Source: the human T2T-CHM13v2.0 reference genome, Homo sapiens
DNA length: 64,000 nucleotides
Assembly: GCF_009914755.1 (NCBI RefSeq)
Contig: NC_060928.1
Reading direction: 5' to 3' (one strand)
This document shows positions 1 through 14,343 of the stretch, piece after piece. The notes below the pieces were generated by a model. It saw only the letters and a program-made list of their open reading frames with translations, made no database searches and was not told the DNA's origin. Made by a program: the position numbers and the translations under genes. Positions within the stretch are counted from its first letter, which is position 1, and each line of letters opens with the position of its first letter.

Positions 1-2221
1 TTATGGCATCTTGAGTCACAGACACTCCACTTGGGTCTCTAAACAGATTTCTTGTTTACTTGCACATTAATAAAACTCACACCTTCGCCAGTCAGAATTT
101 TTTCCCCGAGCATCTGAACATCCAAAGAGATTTAGAAGCAATTAACATTCACGAGTAACAGAGCAATCAACATGGGAATCGCTAATGGGACTGGACAGGA
201 TCCAAGAGCTGATATGAGGATAATAGTGAGTCCCTGACATAAGTTATGGTGTTAATTCTGGAGGGCAGAGTCGTGGTATGTTTTCAATAGCTTTGTGGGG
301 CTGCTGTCACAATCACATATGCCTCTCCTATACATGGTTCCTCACCCCCTACAACATGTCTTTTTTTTTTTAACTGCTATGAAAAAGATGGCATTTTTGC
401 ACTGATATAACAGAACCTCTAGCATTAATGGTATATATTGAATCCAAGTTTATTTTTAAATTGCCTACCTGACAAAATGTTAAAATGTCATTTATTTTCC
501 CAGTTTGGGTCTCCAGACTATCTTCACCTGTTAGCCCTTGTAGCTAGAGGCCACAAAAATAACAGCTGTGAATTTCCACCTTGACGCTTCCCCAATAAGT
601 TTTGCCAGTTACTTGTGTGCACATGGGTTCATACATCCCACGTAAATAGGAAGACATGGGTATTCCTATTCCAACCAGCTCTATGCTTGCTTCCTTGTCA
701 GTTTCGCTGGCCTGTTTTCATGAAGATCACAGAAATCAGCACACCACATCACCCCACCCCTTTCCACCCTACTGGGAGAGTCTCTGGGTAATAGAGAATG
801 TTTCCATTGTTCCTCTTTCTGCCTTCCATTTTCTAGCCTTCATGTCTCATCACTACAATCCATCAAAAATGCCAATGCCAGGCAAATCTATCTCTCCCTC
901 CCCTTGGACCACATTCTTGAATCCCTGCCCTGGCACTCCTTCTCCCTCAGCCTACAGAGCAAATGGCTCAATCTTCAGAGCCTCTGACCTCTCCAGACCC
1001 ACACACACTTCTGAATCCTCAGGACCGCTCCCTGCCCTTCTCCTCCTCCTCCTGCGTCATCTGGTTTCCCTTGGAACCAAGATACCCATCTCTGGTTACA
1101 GGACACTTTCTCTTTCTATAGGAACTCTAGGTCCCCTGCAGGCAGACTACCTGCTTTATTTCCATTTTTCACTTTGGATGTAATTCATCACAGCCAATTA
1201 TGATTTGCTTTATTCTGTGTGGTCCAACAAAATAAATGTGTTCCTAGGAAGAGCTTTTAATTTTTTCAGCTATTTTCACATTAGTCACGAGAATGTAATT
1301 GAGTAAACACCACTTTTGTGAATTGTAATATATTTCTGGTTATTTTATTTCATTCATGCTTTCTTCCGTTCCTTTCTCCTATTTGCCTATTTCTGACTAT
1401 TAAAGGGCCCCTTCTTACTTAAAGATCCAGCATGTCAATTTTTTTTCCTCCACCTCCCCACCTCCAACACACAGCCATTATGAAAGTGTATCCCTTTTTA
1501 AAGCTTCAGTTTATTCTCTGAATACAATCAGATACAGATGCACAATCTGCCTCCACCAAGCTGTGTGTGCTAAAAGCCTGTTTTGACAAAGATTTTATAC
1601 AACATAATCCAAATGAAAGGTAAGTTATCAACAGACCCATACTTAGGAATCCCTCACTGTTATCTCTGGGGCAAGCAGTTTAATATTCCCAGCGGCAGTC
1701 TCAAAGCCAGGAGATGCATGCCTAAGACCTGCCCTCCCAACCCCCACCAAGTCACCACGCACCCCGCGCCCCATAACTCCCTTCCCACCCCTAGTAGCAG
1801 CAGTGGAGGATAAAGTGCTTCTGGGCCCGTGGTAATCCAGTCAGGGCTGGGTGTGCTTCAATCTCTACCTGTCCTCAGAAAACATTTTGGCAGAATGCCT
1901 TTCAAGTACACTTTGCATTCCACACCGGGTCCTGTGCTCATTCTGGTGGTTCCGCAGAAGTGAAAGTGGCCCTGCCCAAGGAGTGGACTTCACCTGCCTT
2001 CCCAAACTGCAGAATATCAGAAGCACTTCCACCATGAAGGTGTGGGGCTGGGGGGTGAGGCTCTGACAGTACCCACCACACACAAGGAGTGAAAAAGGCA
2101 AAGGAAAACATGAAACGAACACATCAATTTTTTTAACTTCAAAGAGTAAAGGAAACCATTTTTCAATCCTTTGCTCTTACCTATGCACCAGTGAAAATAT
2201 TCCACCCAGTCCATTTATTAG

Positions 2222-2345
2222 TCAGGGCTTTTCAGGGGTCTGTAACCTTTCCAGACCCCTTTGGCTATCTGATGAAATCTATGGACCCCTTCCAAGAATG
2301 GTTTATAAAAGATTGCAAAGGAGATTAATTATATTGAAATGCCTT
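2222..2345. mobile_element. hAT-Charlie-type DNA transposon fragment
   Basis: GACCCCTTTGGC..CTGATGAAATCTATGGACCCCTT..AATTATATTGAAAT resembles Charlie-family MITE ends; subfamily not resolved. Confidence 0.5.
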
Positions 2346-2769
2346 TACTTCTCAAGTTAAGCAGCCCAGCAGGATGTGGTTTTAGTGGATGAAAGGATAG
2401 CTGCTCCCTGGTTTTTTTTTTTAACTTGGGATTTCTACAGAAGAGATTTGTGCTGGGCAAGCGATGGCTGTGGTAAAAAGCATGAAGTGGTGACTGTCCA
2501 CACTGTCCTCAGGGCTGTACAACTTCCTGTACATCAGACTTGGTAGCTGGCTCTGCCTTGCAGACGGCTCCATGCACATTAACACAGAGCGCTTCAATAT
2601 CTGCTACACTGGAATAGCTGAGATTTGGGCTTCCTTTACTTAACAGTCCTACGTAGATTTTAACTACTCCTGAAAGAGAAGAGTCAACAAGTACAGAAAA
2701 CAATGTGAGGAAATTTTGGAAAAGAGAAGTCATGGTAGAAAACTTGAATCTAACCATTTACTCTTTTTC

Positions 2770-3070
2770 TAAATATGTACTGAGCACTTACTGTAGGTTC
2801 ACAGTAGTAAACAAGTGACGTAAGACCTTTCCCCCAAAAAAGTTCAAGCCCAAATGTGGGGAGACACCCTGTAAGCAAATAAACAAGTAAATGTAAAACA
2901 AATAAACACTATCGATATGTCCAATGGTGATAAAACAAAGCAGAAGAGATGCGAGAGTGCATGGACAGTTGTCATATTTCATGCAGAGTTTATTTCCCAT
3001 TTCACATCAATAAATATTCATCAAGTTCCTACTGTGTTTTAGGCCCTGTAGTGGATTCAAGAAAAATGAC
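2770..3070 (-). mobile_element. L2 3'-end fragments
   Basis: AAATATGTACTGAGCACTTACTGT and AATAAATATTCATCAAGTTCCTACTGTG resemble the L2 3' terminus. Confidence 0.55.
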
Positions 3071-3093
3071 ATATGTATACACACATGTGGGTG

Positions 3094-3096
<3 letters not shown>

Positions 3097-3129
<33 letters not shown>
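3097..3129. repeat. (CA)n microsatellite
   Basis: Direct reading, abutting the Tigger2a terminus. Confidence 0.95.
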
Positions 3130-3914
<785 letters not shown>

Positions 3915-4539
3915 CATGTATGTGTACACACACATCACACACTCAATTTCCAGTTACTTGCATGTGAAGGGTGCACAGAGTCTCCACCAAGAGAGGTCTG
4001 TGATGCCACACTGCTGAACAGTTTCTTTTCAGAAAGGTGACCAGTGAATGCCACCAAGGGCCCACAGGAGCAGAAAAGGTGCCGTGAGGACTGCATTTGC
4101 TGTGCTGAAGGGCATGAGCTTTGGAAGCATCAAGAGCCTTGGCAGAAGGTCAGCCACCATGATCCTACACTCGACTCTACCACCTATCTCACTAAGTGCC
4201 CCAAGGCAAATTACATACATCACCTCTTAGGGTTTTAGAACCTTCATTGGCAACATGCGGAACCCAGGCTGCCATGGAGTTCAAATGCAGTAATGCAAGG
4301 AAAGCACCCAGCACAGTGCCTGCTACTAAGAATTAGAGAGATGAGTTCTTGTCTCATGCATCTTCTTATCCAGGAATAAAAAGCGCAACAGGAATGCAAA
4401 AGCCCCAGACAAAGACCATGCACCCAGAGCAGGTGTACAAGAACTGCTTTTGCCTATTTGTTTCCTCTGTTGTTTTTGTGGCCAAATGGATCTGGGGAAT
4501 ACTTGCAGGTGTTACTTAAAAAAAAGAGAAAGACTTCAT

Positions 4540-4775
4540 AGTGAAATAAGTTTTAGAAACAACAAAGAAGTGAGGTAGCACAGTTCTCTTTGCTTCAGGC
4601 TTTCTCGTAGTTTAATATGCTAATGCACATCACATATCTCCAAGAACTGTCAACAATGTATGACATTGTATATGTCATACAATGTATGTTTCCCCAATGT
4701 ATGTGACCACGGAACCCTTTGGCATGGAAAACTCCCATGTGACAGTTATTCTATGGAAAAGACTTTGGGAAATGT
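4540..4775. mobile_element. MER103-like hAT-Charlie fragment
   Basis: TTTAATATGCTAATG..TGACCACGGAACCCTTT..ACTTTGGGAAATG. Confidence 0.6.
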
Positions 4776-5489
4776 GGGTTTGTTAAAAGAACAAATAAAT
4801 CAAAAGATAAGAAATATATACCCTATTTGGTTCTGATGTGGTCTAGTGGCTTTCATTGAAAAGGCAGACTTGGGCGTATTTTTGTGCACACCAAGAAAGC
4901 CTAGTACCAGTGTTTCCTATTCACTGAACCAAGGCAACTTCTCCTTCTTTTCCTATAAAAAGAAGTCATTATTCTGGGACCACAGTGCATTTGGGGGAAA
5001 TGTCGGCAACATCTGAACACTTCTCATTCCCTTGGACAGGTAATTCCACTATTTTCTGCAATAAATGGGCCCTTAAAACGAGTTTTGTTAATTCTTCTCT
5101 TGAAAGCCAAATCCTCTTCTGACTACACAGGGGAAGGCTTCTGCTTAAAGTCACCCTGGGTTTTATTATTCGAATGGCTTCACAGTGAGCAATGCATTAC
5201 TTTCATAAACAGAAAATCGATGCCGGGGGGCAGAAAAAAAGAAAAGAAATTCCATAGGGATGTGTTGATACACCTATGATTAGTCCAAAAATTGCTTACT
5301 TGTACATGAAGATTTTATATATGCGGCTTTCCATGAAGACCTTACTTAATGTTAGAGTACTAGATACACTGGAAGTGGAAGAGGTGGTCAAAGAGAAAAC
5401 TAGGGCGAAAATTGTTCCTCACGTGCTTAGAATTCAATTGCAGAAAGAAAGAATCCTTAAGACTCACCCACATTCTAGGAGGCAAAAGA

Positions 5490-5572
5490 ATAGAGAGAAA
5501 GAGAGAGAAGGAAGAAAGGGAGGGAGGGAGGAAAAGGGGAAAGGAGAGAGGAAAGGACTAAAAAAGAGGGGG
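5490..5572. repeat. GA-rich low-complexity tract
   Basis: Direct reading; explains the K/E/R/G-rich ORF 5276..5656. Confidence 0.85.
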
Positions 5573-6065
5573 AGCACATGTGCAAAAGAGGGGAGTAAGG
5601 GAGTCATTGAAAAGCCTAAGTTTGGGGGAGAGGAGGCTACAAATGCACAGATTTAAATTAACCCAAGCCCGTAAAAAGGCTTTGTACAAGGGCTCTGGCG
5701 TTAATGGGATTTGGATTGCTACAGACTGCAAATCAAGAACAGAACGTAACGAGAGATGCCGGAGTTATTTTTGAAATGTATGTCTTAAGTAATGTGAAGC
5801 TTAACTAACAGGGACACTGCAGCATTTTGCAGTGGCTGCTGGCTTGTGGCCTGGCTGGGAATCAGAACTGCCCAGTGAATAAGTTGCAGTCTCCCACTTG
5901 GGACCAGATGGAGTTGGGTGAGCCTTGACCCTAAGGTGTGCCGCTGAGGAGTTGCTTCGTGTTGTAGGAGGAAAAATGCAGCTGCTCTGTTAGATTGCTT
6001 AGTGATGCAGATGATGCAGGTGGAAAGTAACCCTCTGAACCCCAGGATCTTGGGGTCATGGGTTT

Positions 6066-6400
6066 AGCATTCATTCATTCAGTCAGTCAGTAGGTGCCTC
6101 CATCAGTGCCTCCAAGGTGCCTGGAATTGTTTGGGGTCTTGTGAATACCATGAGTCTCTGCTGTCAAGGAACTTACATTATCCCAGAGGAGGGTAAGTTA
6201 GCAAATAAGTAAGAATTTCTGTTGGTGATAAGGACCTTGAAGAAAATAAAAAAAGGAAAAGGAGATGAGGTAGAGTGCGGCTTAAGGGCAGGGGAAATGT
6301 GTTCAGGGAAGGCATCCCTGTTGCAAGAACATTTAAGCTGAGCCTTGAATAATGAGGACTCCAGGCTGCAAAGATCCTGCAGGGAAGGAACAACAGATGC
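6066..6400 (-). mobile_element. L2 3' fragment
   Basis: CATTCATTCATTC terminus followed by GTGCCTGGAATTGTTTGGGG..TTTAAGCTGAGCCTTGAATAATGAG. Confidence 0.75.
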
Positions 6401-7914
6401 GGAGGGAGCGCCATCCTCAGATTTAGAATAAGCGGCCATCTTCCCATTCCTCACTACCAGCTAACTCAGCTTTCCACAACACTAAATTGAAAAGCACACA
6501 GACATGTTTAATTTTAAGATCTTCAATTGAATACTATGCCACTAGGAAAATATATCCTGAAACTTAGGTATTTTTAGAATGGTCTGCTTCAGTTTCCTCA
6601 AGTACTTTTTTCCCTTGTTCAACCAGAAGACCCACATACTTTAGGTACATCAGCTTCCTCTAAATACCTGAAACTGCATTCATCAGCCACTTTCTAAAAA
6701 TTGGATCTTACTTCAAAGCTGAATGACTTGATGACTCCCATAACAGAATACATTACACTGATTATGGGATTATTCACATGCCATTTGCAAGAGGTTGGGC
6801 AACATTTCTCAACATTCCACCCACCAACAAACAGAGTAGCGACAGTGGAATGCTAATATGCAAATGCCCTCCATGTCCTGATACCATGATAAAATTCCTC
6901 TTCACTCTTTTTAACTGATGTTAAAAAAGAGAGAGGGATGGTTATTTCGGTACAACGTAGCCCACAGAGAATAAAAGGCGTAAGCCCCAGCAGGGAACCA
7001 AAGCAGAGATTGTTTCCATGACCTGGCACTCACTAAGCACTCAGTAAATGTAGGTTCCTTCCCCTTCCCTTTCCCCTTCACCCTTAAATGCCAAAAGGCT
7101 AAGGGTTCATTTTTATATCAACAAGCTTTGAATAACATATTCATTGGCTCCTCCTTTTGTGACTATCAATCCGGTGTTGTGTTCTCATCTTCTGGCAATT
7201 GTTTCAGCCTCAATTCATGCCAGGAAGAATGACTTGGGGTGAGAAGAGGGTGAGGAGGTGGAAGCTTCATAGGCATGGTTCACTGTCCATCAATGATTAG
7301 CATTTTATACTCATGACAATCAAACTCATACTTTACTTTTAAAGTTTTAGAAGGAACACATATTAAAAACCAAAATGAAAACAGGGCATCATAAGTTCAA
7401 GGAAGCCACAAAGTAGACCAAGAAGCATAATTCTACTATGCACCATTTTATTAGCTAATCAACGTGTCATTTTTTTTTCCTATGGGCACCTACTTACTGT
7501 CTTGTAATTTCCATAAGGGCACCATCTGTATTTATAAAAGAATTATCTTTGTGGTGATCTAGCAATCTACAAACAACAGTGATATTTAACTTTTCTTAGG
7601 GGATCAACTGTAGAATTAAGTTAAAGGATTTATAAGTCTCTTTTTCAGGATGAACCTTAAAAGGACTTATTCATACATCTCTGTGATGTTGGAAGCACTT
7701 GAAACAACAAAAAAATGTAATTTTGATTCATTAAAATATAAAGTTCTGGATCTTGACATGTACATGGCATGGATCCATGTCATGGATCTTACATTTGTAA
7801 TCAAGCATAATGACCCTCTACTATAAAGTCCAGTAAAACAATAATAAGTAAAATATTTTCTTTTTTCCATTTTAGCTGAAAGGGTGGGTTAATTTTCAGT
7901 GTGATCTGGTTTGG

Positions 7915-8140
7915 TGCCCTATGGCTCAGACAGAATCCAGTATTAACCAAGGTCACTGCTATGAGTTCAATCAGCATCCAGTCAGCTAACTCAGTTATAA
8001 CACATGCTTAAACCCTCTCTTGTCCAGTTTTTAATGATGGCCTTGCAAATGCATGTTGCTGGTCCAATGATGGCTAATAACGTGAGTGGAGATCAGCCAG
8101 CAAACCCCCTACCACTGATGGAATCAGAAACTCCTAATAG
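7915..8140 (+). mobile_element. MamSINE1-like ancient tRNA-derived SINE
   Basis: TATGGCTCAG (A-box-like)..CCAAGGTCA..GAGTTCAATC (B-box-like)..TTGCAAATGCATGTTGCTGGTC..ACCACTGATGG. Confidence 0.6.
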
Positions 8141-9034
8141 ATGCTCTTATATTGGGCACAGATTTCATAGATAAGTAATACAAGGTGCATGCAGGAACAA
8201 ATTTGTTTAAAGCGTTTCTATGGCTACCAAACAGGACCTCAGAGAGAACAATCTTTGGTTTTACAAAGGTATATAGTTTCAGTTTTGCATAAATCCAAAA
8301 AAGTAAAATGCATGTCAAGAGAATCAATCATAGACAAAAATGTCACTATTTGTCAAGATGCAAATTTCTTCACTAATAATTACTTTGTAAACTTAATTTT
8401 AAGCAATATTTAAAATAATTCTGATTAAAATATATGGATGTATTAACAAAATTAAAAAGCAAAATGCAAACTAATATTTATACTTCATTGATTCATTATT
8501 TAATCCGTACATATTTATGGAGTTCCTACTATATCGAGTACTGTTGTAAGAACCAGGTATAGTGAAGAACAGAATACACATAGTCAGCCCCTTCCTTCCC
8601 TCATGGAGCTTCCTTTTTTTAAAACAAAGTATGTGTAAATGAACAAGTGGGTGGAAATTTATGAAGTTACATTTGTGATTGAATTAAGATATGTAACTAC
8701 TCTCTCTAATATAGTTTTATTGCTTTTAAAATCTAAATTATGTATTTCTTTTAAATAATTTGATAATGTACCAGCACCAGGAAGTAATCTTTCTGGATTT
8801 TGGGTTTTGCATTTTTTGTTTTTATGCTTGTTTTTAGTCATTGAAATATCAATATTTGACATAATGAATTTAATGAATTTTGACGACCAAATTTTTGAAA
8901 TGTATTGATAAAATGGAGAATTTTCAGGGAAGTGTTAAGAATATTTGAGAGTGGAAAAATGGGTCTTCTTGGGGAAGGATAAGGAATCAGAGTCATTTAT
9001 CTCAAGAAGTGACTTGATTATTATCTCTATAGAA

Positions 9035-9275
9035 TGAACACATAAGAGAATGAACTCTAGTATTCATGTCAGATATAAGATGGTGATTTGTTCTGAAATG
9101 TATTTGAAATCATTGTACTGTATGATAATTTGAGTTCTACGTTCAAATCTTAGCTCTACTACTGTGTAGAGAGAACCTCTCCACATCTCAGTCACTTTAT
9201 TTATAAAAGGGACATTTTACATAGACTACGCGAGTATAATAAAAGTATATTACTTAGCATGTAGTCTTTAATCAC
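9035..9275 (+). mobile_element. MIR interrupted by a 67-bp insertion
   Basis: ATAAGAGAATGAACTCTAG before and GTTCAAATCTTAGCTCTACTACT..CTCAGTCACTTTATTTATAAAAGGG after the insert. Confidence 0.6.
9065..9131 (+). repeat. Dispersed duplication A, copy 1 (pair at 10729-10795)
   Basis: 65/67 identical to 10729-10795. Confidence 0.97.
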
Positions 9276-9304
9276 CATTAGCTGCCTTCATCATCACACT
9301 TTAT

Positions 9305-9330
9305 TATCATCATCATCATCATCATCATCA
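9305..9330. repeat. (ATC)n microsatellite
   Basis: Direct reading. Confidence 0.9.
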
Positions 9331-9429
9331 CACAAAAAAAACTCAAGGCTTTGTTGTAATAAGGGGCAGCTTTGGTCTCCTGCTGACAATCACAAAGGAA
9401 GCTGGTAACAGTCTGTCCTGAGCAAACAG

Positions 9430-9958
9430 GAATTTAATTCAAAAGTCCTCAGTTCAAGACCTAGCTCTTTCAGTGTTAACTTGTGCAAACTTGTATAAAG
9501 CTCTTAAACTTCTGGGTCTCAGTTTTTCCAGCTCTAAAATGGACATAATAGAACTTAACTATGAGATAATACATGTAATAATTAATTTTGAGTGTCAACT
9601 TGACTGGGCCATGAGACACCCAGCTCTATGGTTAAATATTATTCTGGGTGTATTTATGAGAGTGTTTCTGGATAAGGTTAACATTTGAATCAGTAGACTG
9701 AGTACAGCATATTGCCCTCCTCAGTGTGGGCTGTGTTCCCATCCAATGTCTTGAAGACTTGAATAGAACAAATAGCTTCTCCTGCCTTCAGATTCAGACT
9801 GGAATTTACACCATCTGCCATCTTGATCCCTCTGCGTTGTCCTTCACTGGAACTTACACCACTGCATCTCCTGGCTCTCAGGCCTTCAGACTGCAGCTCT
9901 TGGGACTTCTCAGCCTTGACAATCACATAAGTCAATCCCTTATAATAAATCAACCTCT

Positions 9959-9997
<39 letters not shown>

Positions 9998-10110
9998 TAA
10001 AATCGGCTCTTGGCTGTTTATCTCTAGAGAACCCTGAGTAATATAATATACTTAAAAAGAACCAGCATATACATTATTTCATTAAATATAGGGCACTACT
10101 AATTTTATAG
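9430..10110 (+). mobile_element. MIR split by an MLT2 LTR
   Basis: AGTTCAAGACCTAGCTCT..CTCAGTTTTTCCAGCTCTAAAATGG; resumes after 10045. Confidence 0.65.
9574..10044 (+). mobile_element. MLT2B/D (ERVL) solo LTR with internal (TG)n
   Basis: TGTAATAATTAATTTTGAGTGTCAACTTGACTGG start, TCTCTAGAGAACCCTGAGTAATATA end; TSD ATACA/ATATA. Confidence 0.9.
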
Positions 10111-10728
10111 AAATACATACTGTGGCAATAGTCTATCATAAATGATCTCTTATTTTGACCACCCAGGATAAAAATTCCCAGAAAGATTATGAACATGAAT
10201 TTCAGCTTTACTATTCACTACATAGAAAAAAATCTCTTTAATTCTCTGCATTCCAATTACCTGGTCAGGAAAAAGGAAAGTCGTGTAACTTGTGAGGATT
10301 ACAAATTTAATGTGCAAAGTGTCCAGAAAAGGGTTCAGCATGCCGAAGATATCCACTGATTGGTAGCTCCTATTCCTTTTGGTCAAACGATGGTTTAGTA
10401 AATTCAATTTTTGGTATGTCTAAACTCTTAAAATGAAGAGTTTTACAGTTTAAAAGTTTACAGTTAAAAACTCTTAAAATGAAAACCATTACAAATAACC
10501 TTTGGATTATCTTTAAATAATTCTTTCTGGTTTGGAGGAAAAAAATCTATAAAAACATAAAATACCCAGGGTGTCAAATACACAGTGTAATCATTTTGTA
10601 TGATCATGGCTAATACGGTTCAATCTAAATTGCAGTCTCATATTTGACATAATTATACATAACCAAAAACTAATAAAAATCGCTGCCTTATATTTCAAAT
10701 TGGTAATTATGGTAGTAAACATTAACAA

Positions 10729-10795
10729 CATGTCAGATATAAGATGGTGATTTGTTCTGAAATGTATTAGAAATCATTATACTGTATGATAATTT
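10729..10795 (+). repeat. Dispersed duplication A, copy 2 (probable donor)
   Basis: 65/67 identical to 9065-9131; sits in unique sequence. Confidence 0.97.
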
Positions 10796-10941
10796 TAATT
10801 ACAGTTTGGTAGCAAGAGAGCATGCAGGGGTCTACTGCTCTAGTGCATCATGGGAACTGGCAGCCCTTCCATGCAGCCCTCACTCTGACTCCTGTTGTTC
10901 AAGTTCAAGAAATGCACAATTCCTCCTCCACCTTTAAATAG

Positions 10942-11500
<559 letters not shown>

Positions 11501-11827
11501 CTATGTATTGAGATAGACATGTATGTATATACATGTATGGTATACATACTTGTTATTATATTATACTAACACTCAGATCATTCATTTTCCTAAGCTTTTA
11601 AGATCCTGGTCTTCATAAAAGTGACCAAGTGTTCTATTTAAGGTGGAGGTGTGCTGACTGTTAGCTTCTGTCTCTCAGGGACTGCATTCTTCAAAACGCA
11701 TTGGGTTTTCTCCTCTGTTTACTCCTTCCATGTTTTCTCCATCTCCTTTTTCTCACTCAGTGCTGAGTCCATGGGATGATGCTATGTTCTTCCTACATAT
11801 TTTCACCTCTGTCTGTCTTTAGCTCAC

Positions 11828-11893
11828 GTGGGATATGATGAGGTTTCTCTTCAAATAATCTGATCAATCTTTTATTATTTAATTCATAGTACC
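11828..11893 (+). mobile_element. Isolated terminal fragment of an ERV1 LTR (LTR10-like)
   Basis: GTGGGATATGATGAGGTTTCTCTTCAAATAATCTGATCAATCTTTTATT.TTTAATTCATAGTACC matches my recollection of an LTR10-family 5' end. Confidence 0.5.
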
Positions 11894-13201
11894 TTAGGAT
11901 TTTGAGCATTATTCCTAACACTCATCCTCTCTTGAGCCCTTCCTATTGTCTCTAACGATGGCCTTTAAGTATGGATCCAGGATACACCCCGTGCTCTACC
12001 CATAATGCCAGAGAACCACTGAGGAGGCTTCAATCCCTAACAGGTGAATGCAAGTGCCATGAAATTCCCAACTCCACCCATGTCATACCCCCCTGACTTA
12101 CCTGATCACTAGGCCCTAATTTAGAAATTTAATACACTTCCCCCACAACAAAAAGAAAAAATCTTGTGTGAAATTCATTATTCTAATATAAGAACCAATT
12201 GTTTATTCAGAATTACCCATTTCCACCCCTTTTTAAAATACTCTGGGCCTTACTACATATTTGCACAACTCTTCCAGTTCCAAGATCCTCACACAAAGTG
12301 GGGAAGAACCCCCAACGTCATCATAAAGCGTCTTTCCTTTCTACATTTCCATACTGTTTCAGGTAAAATATTCAGGGGAACAGACCAGACTGCTAATTAA
12401 GGAACTGTCTGAAACCACCATGAACCACATTTCCACTGGTGCAATAAGCAAAGACTCTTCATTAAAATCACTGTCCTCTGTAAGGGAAAGCTGTTTCCAG
12501 CGCAATAGATCTAATTCACAGGTGTGATCATGCAGACCCAGGTACAGTATTCATTATTAATTTAAAAAGTATGCCAAATCAATTAAAAACCATTTTAAAG
12601 GGAAGGAATAAAATTTAGTTCTACCTAACTGCAGCTCAGCTCTAATTTATCTTCCAGCCACTTTCAAGGGATTTTACTTGGTTCTTAATCGAACATTCAT
12701 TGGAAAGGGTAATTCTCATGAAATTACAATGGCATCTCTTGCATCGTTTAATGCAAATGTTCCCATTCTTTGGAAATCGAGAGCAGCTTCTCCAATAAAG
12801 ACTCCCTTCAAAGTGTAAAGTGGGAGAGCTTGGGGAGCTGCTTGAGAAGAATAAAACATTGCATTTCAGAAGCTGCTCAAATTTAAAACTCTGCCCGCAT
12901 CACTATGACAAATTGTATTCCAAATATAGGTTATTCACAACATGTTTGTTATAAGGCGAGGCATATGAATTCCTGTCGTGTCTTTCTTTACAAACATGTC
13001 AAGACTTGTGAACCCTTAATGAAATGCAGCATTTTAGAGGCAAGGGAAGCCACAAAGACACCAGAAAGAAGAGACTCTCTTTCCTGGGACTGGGACCTTC
13101 TTATGCTAGTGATGGTTCCCATTATCAGAGACACTGTATCATCTCAGAACCAAGTGGAACTTTAGAGGTCATTGAGTCCAGAAACTACAGTTTACAGATG
13201 A

Positions 13202-13671
<470 letters not shown>

Positions 13672-14002
13672 GGGGCACTTTTTTAAAGTCCTGTGGGGCA
13701 GCAACTTCTTGATAATCAGATAAAAGTTCCATACATTTGGAAATGAATTTATCCCAGTATCATATTTCTACTCATGCTACAGAAGTTAGTTGGACTGATT
13801 TTACAGTCCTCAACTTTTTTAACCAAGAAGTACAATCCTTCTCATTTGTTAATTCATATTGTCTCTTTTAGGTAAAGTGTCACTGTTCACTGGTCACCAA
13901 AGTCCCAAGCAGAGGATATCCACTTCCTACTCTATCCCTTCCTAGTACAGGGCTTTCTGATATGGCCAGAACACAGAAGTCTACCCTGGTTTTACTGTAA
14001 AG

Positions 14003-14343
14003 CAGAGGCCAGCAAACATTTTCTGTAAAGGGCCAGACAGTGATGATGATTCTAGGCTCTGTGGGCCAGCTGGTCTCCTTCGTCGCTACTCAGTTCTGCT
14101 GTTGTAGTAGAGAAGCAGCCATAGACAGTATGTAAACAAATGAGCATGGCTGCGTTCCAATAAAACTTTATTTATCTACACTGAAATTGAATTCCATATC
14201 ATTTTCATGTGTCATGAAGCATTACTCCTCCTCTGATTTTTATTCAACCATTTAAACATGCAAAAACCATTCTTAACTGATGAGTTATACAAAAATTGGC
14301 AGCAGCTAGATTTGTCTTATCTGCCATAACTTGCCAACCCTTG
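14003..14343 (+). mobile_element. MER58B (hAT-Charlie MITE)
   Basis: CAGCAAACATTTTCTGTAAAGGGCCAGA..GCAGCCATAGACAG..GTTCCAATAAAACTTTATTTA..TTGCCAACCCTTG. Confidence 0.9.

Noticed and set aside
656-1183. 175-aa ORF
   Set aside because: Low-complexity S/P/L composition from pyrimidine-rich, probably decayed repeat DNA; no recognisable protein family.
4020-4210. Acceptor-like TTTCTTTTCAG followed by short ORFs
   Set aside because: No matching strong donor or coding signal; such motifs are common by chance.
11835-11865. Box C (ATGATGA) and box D (CTGA) pair suggesting a snoRNA
   Set aside because: Only 18 nt between the boxes, too short for a C/D snoRNA, and it lies in an LTR-like fragment.
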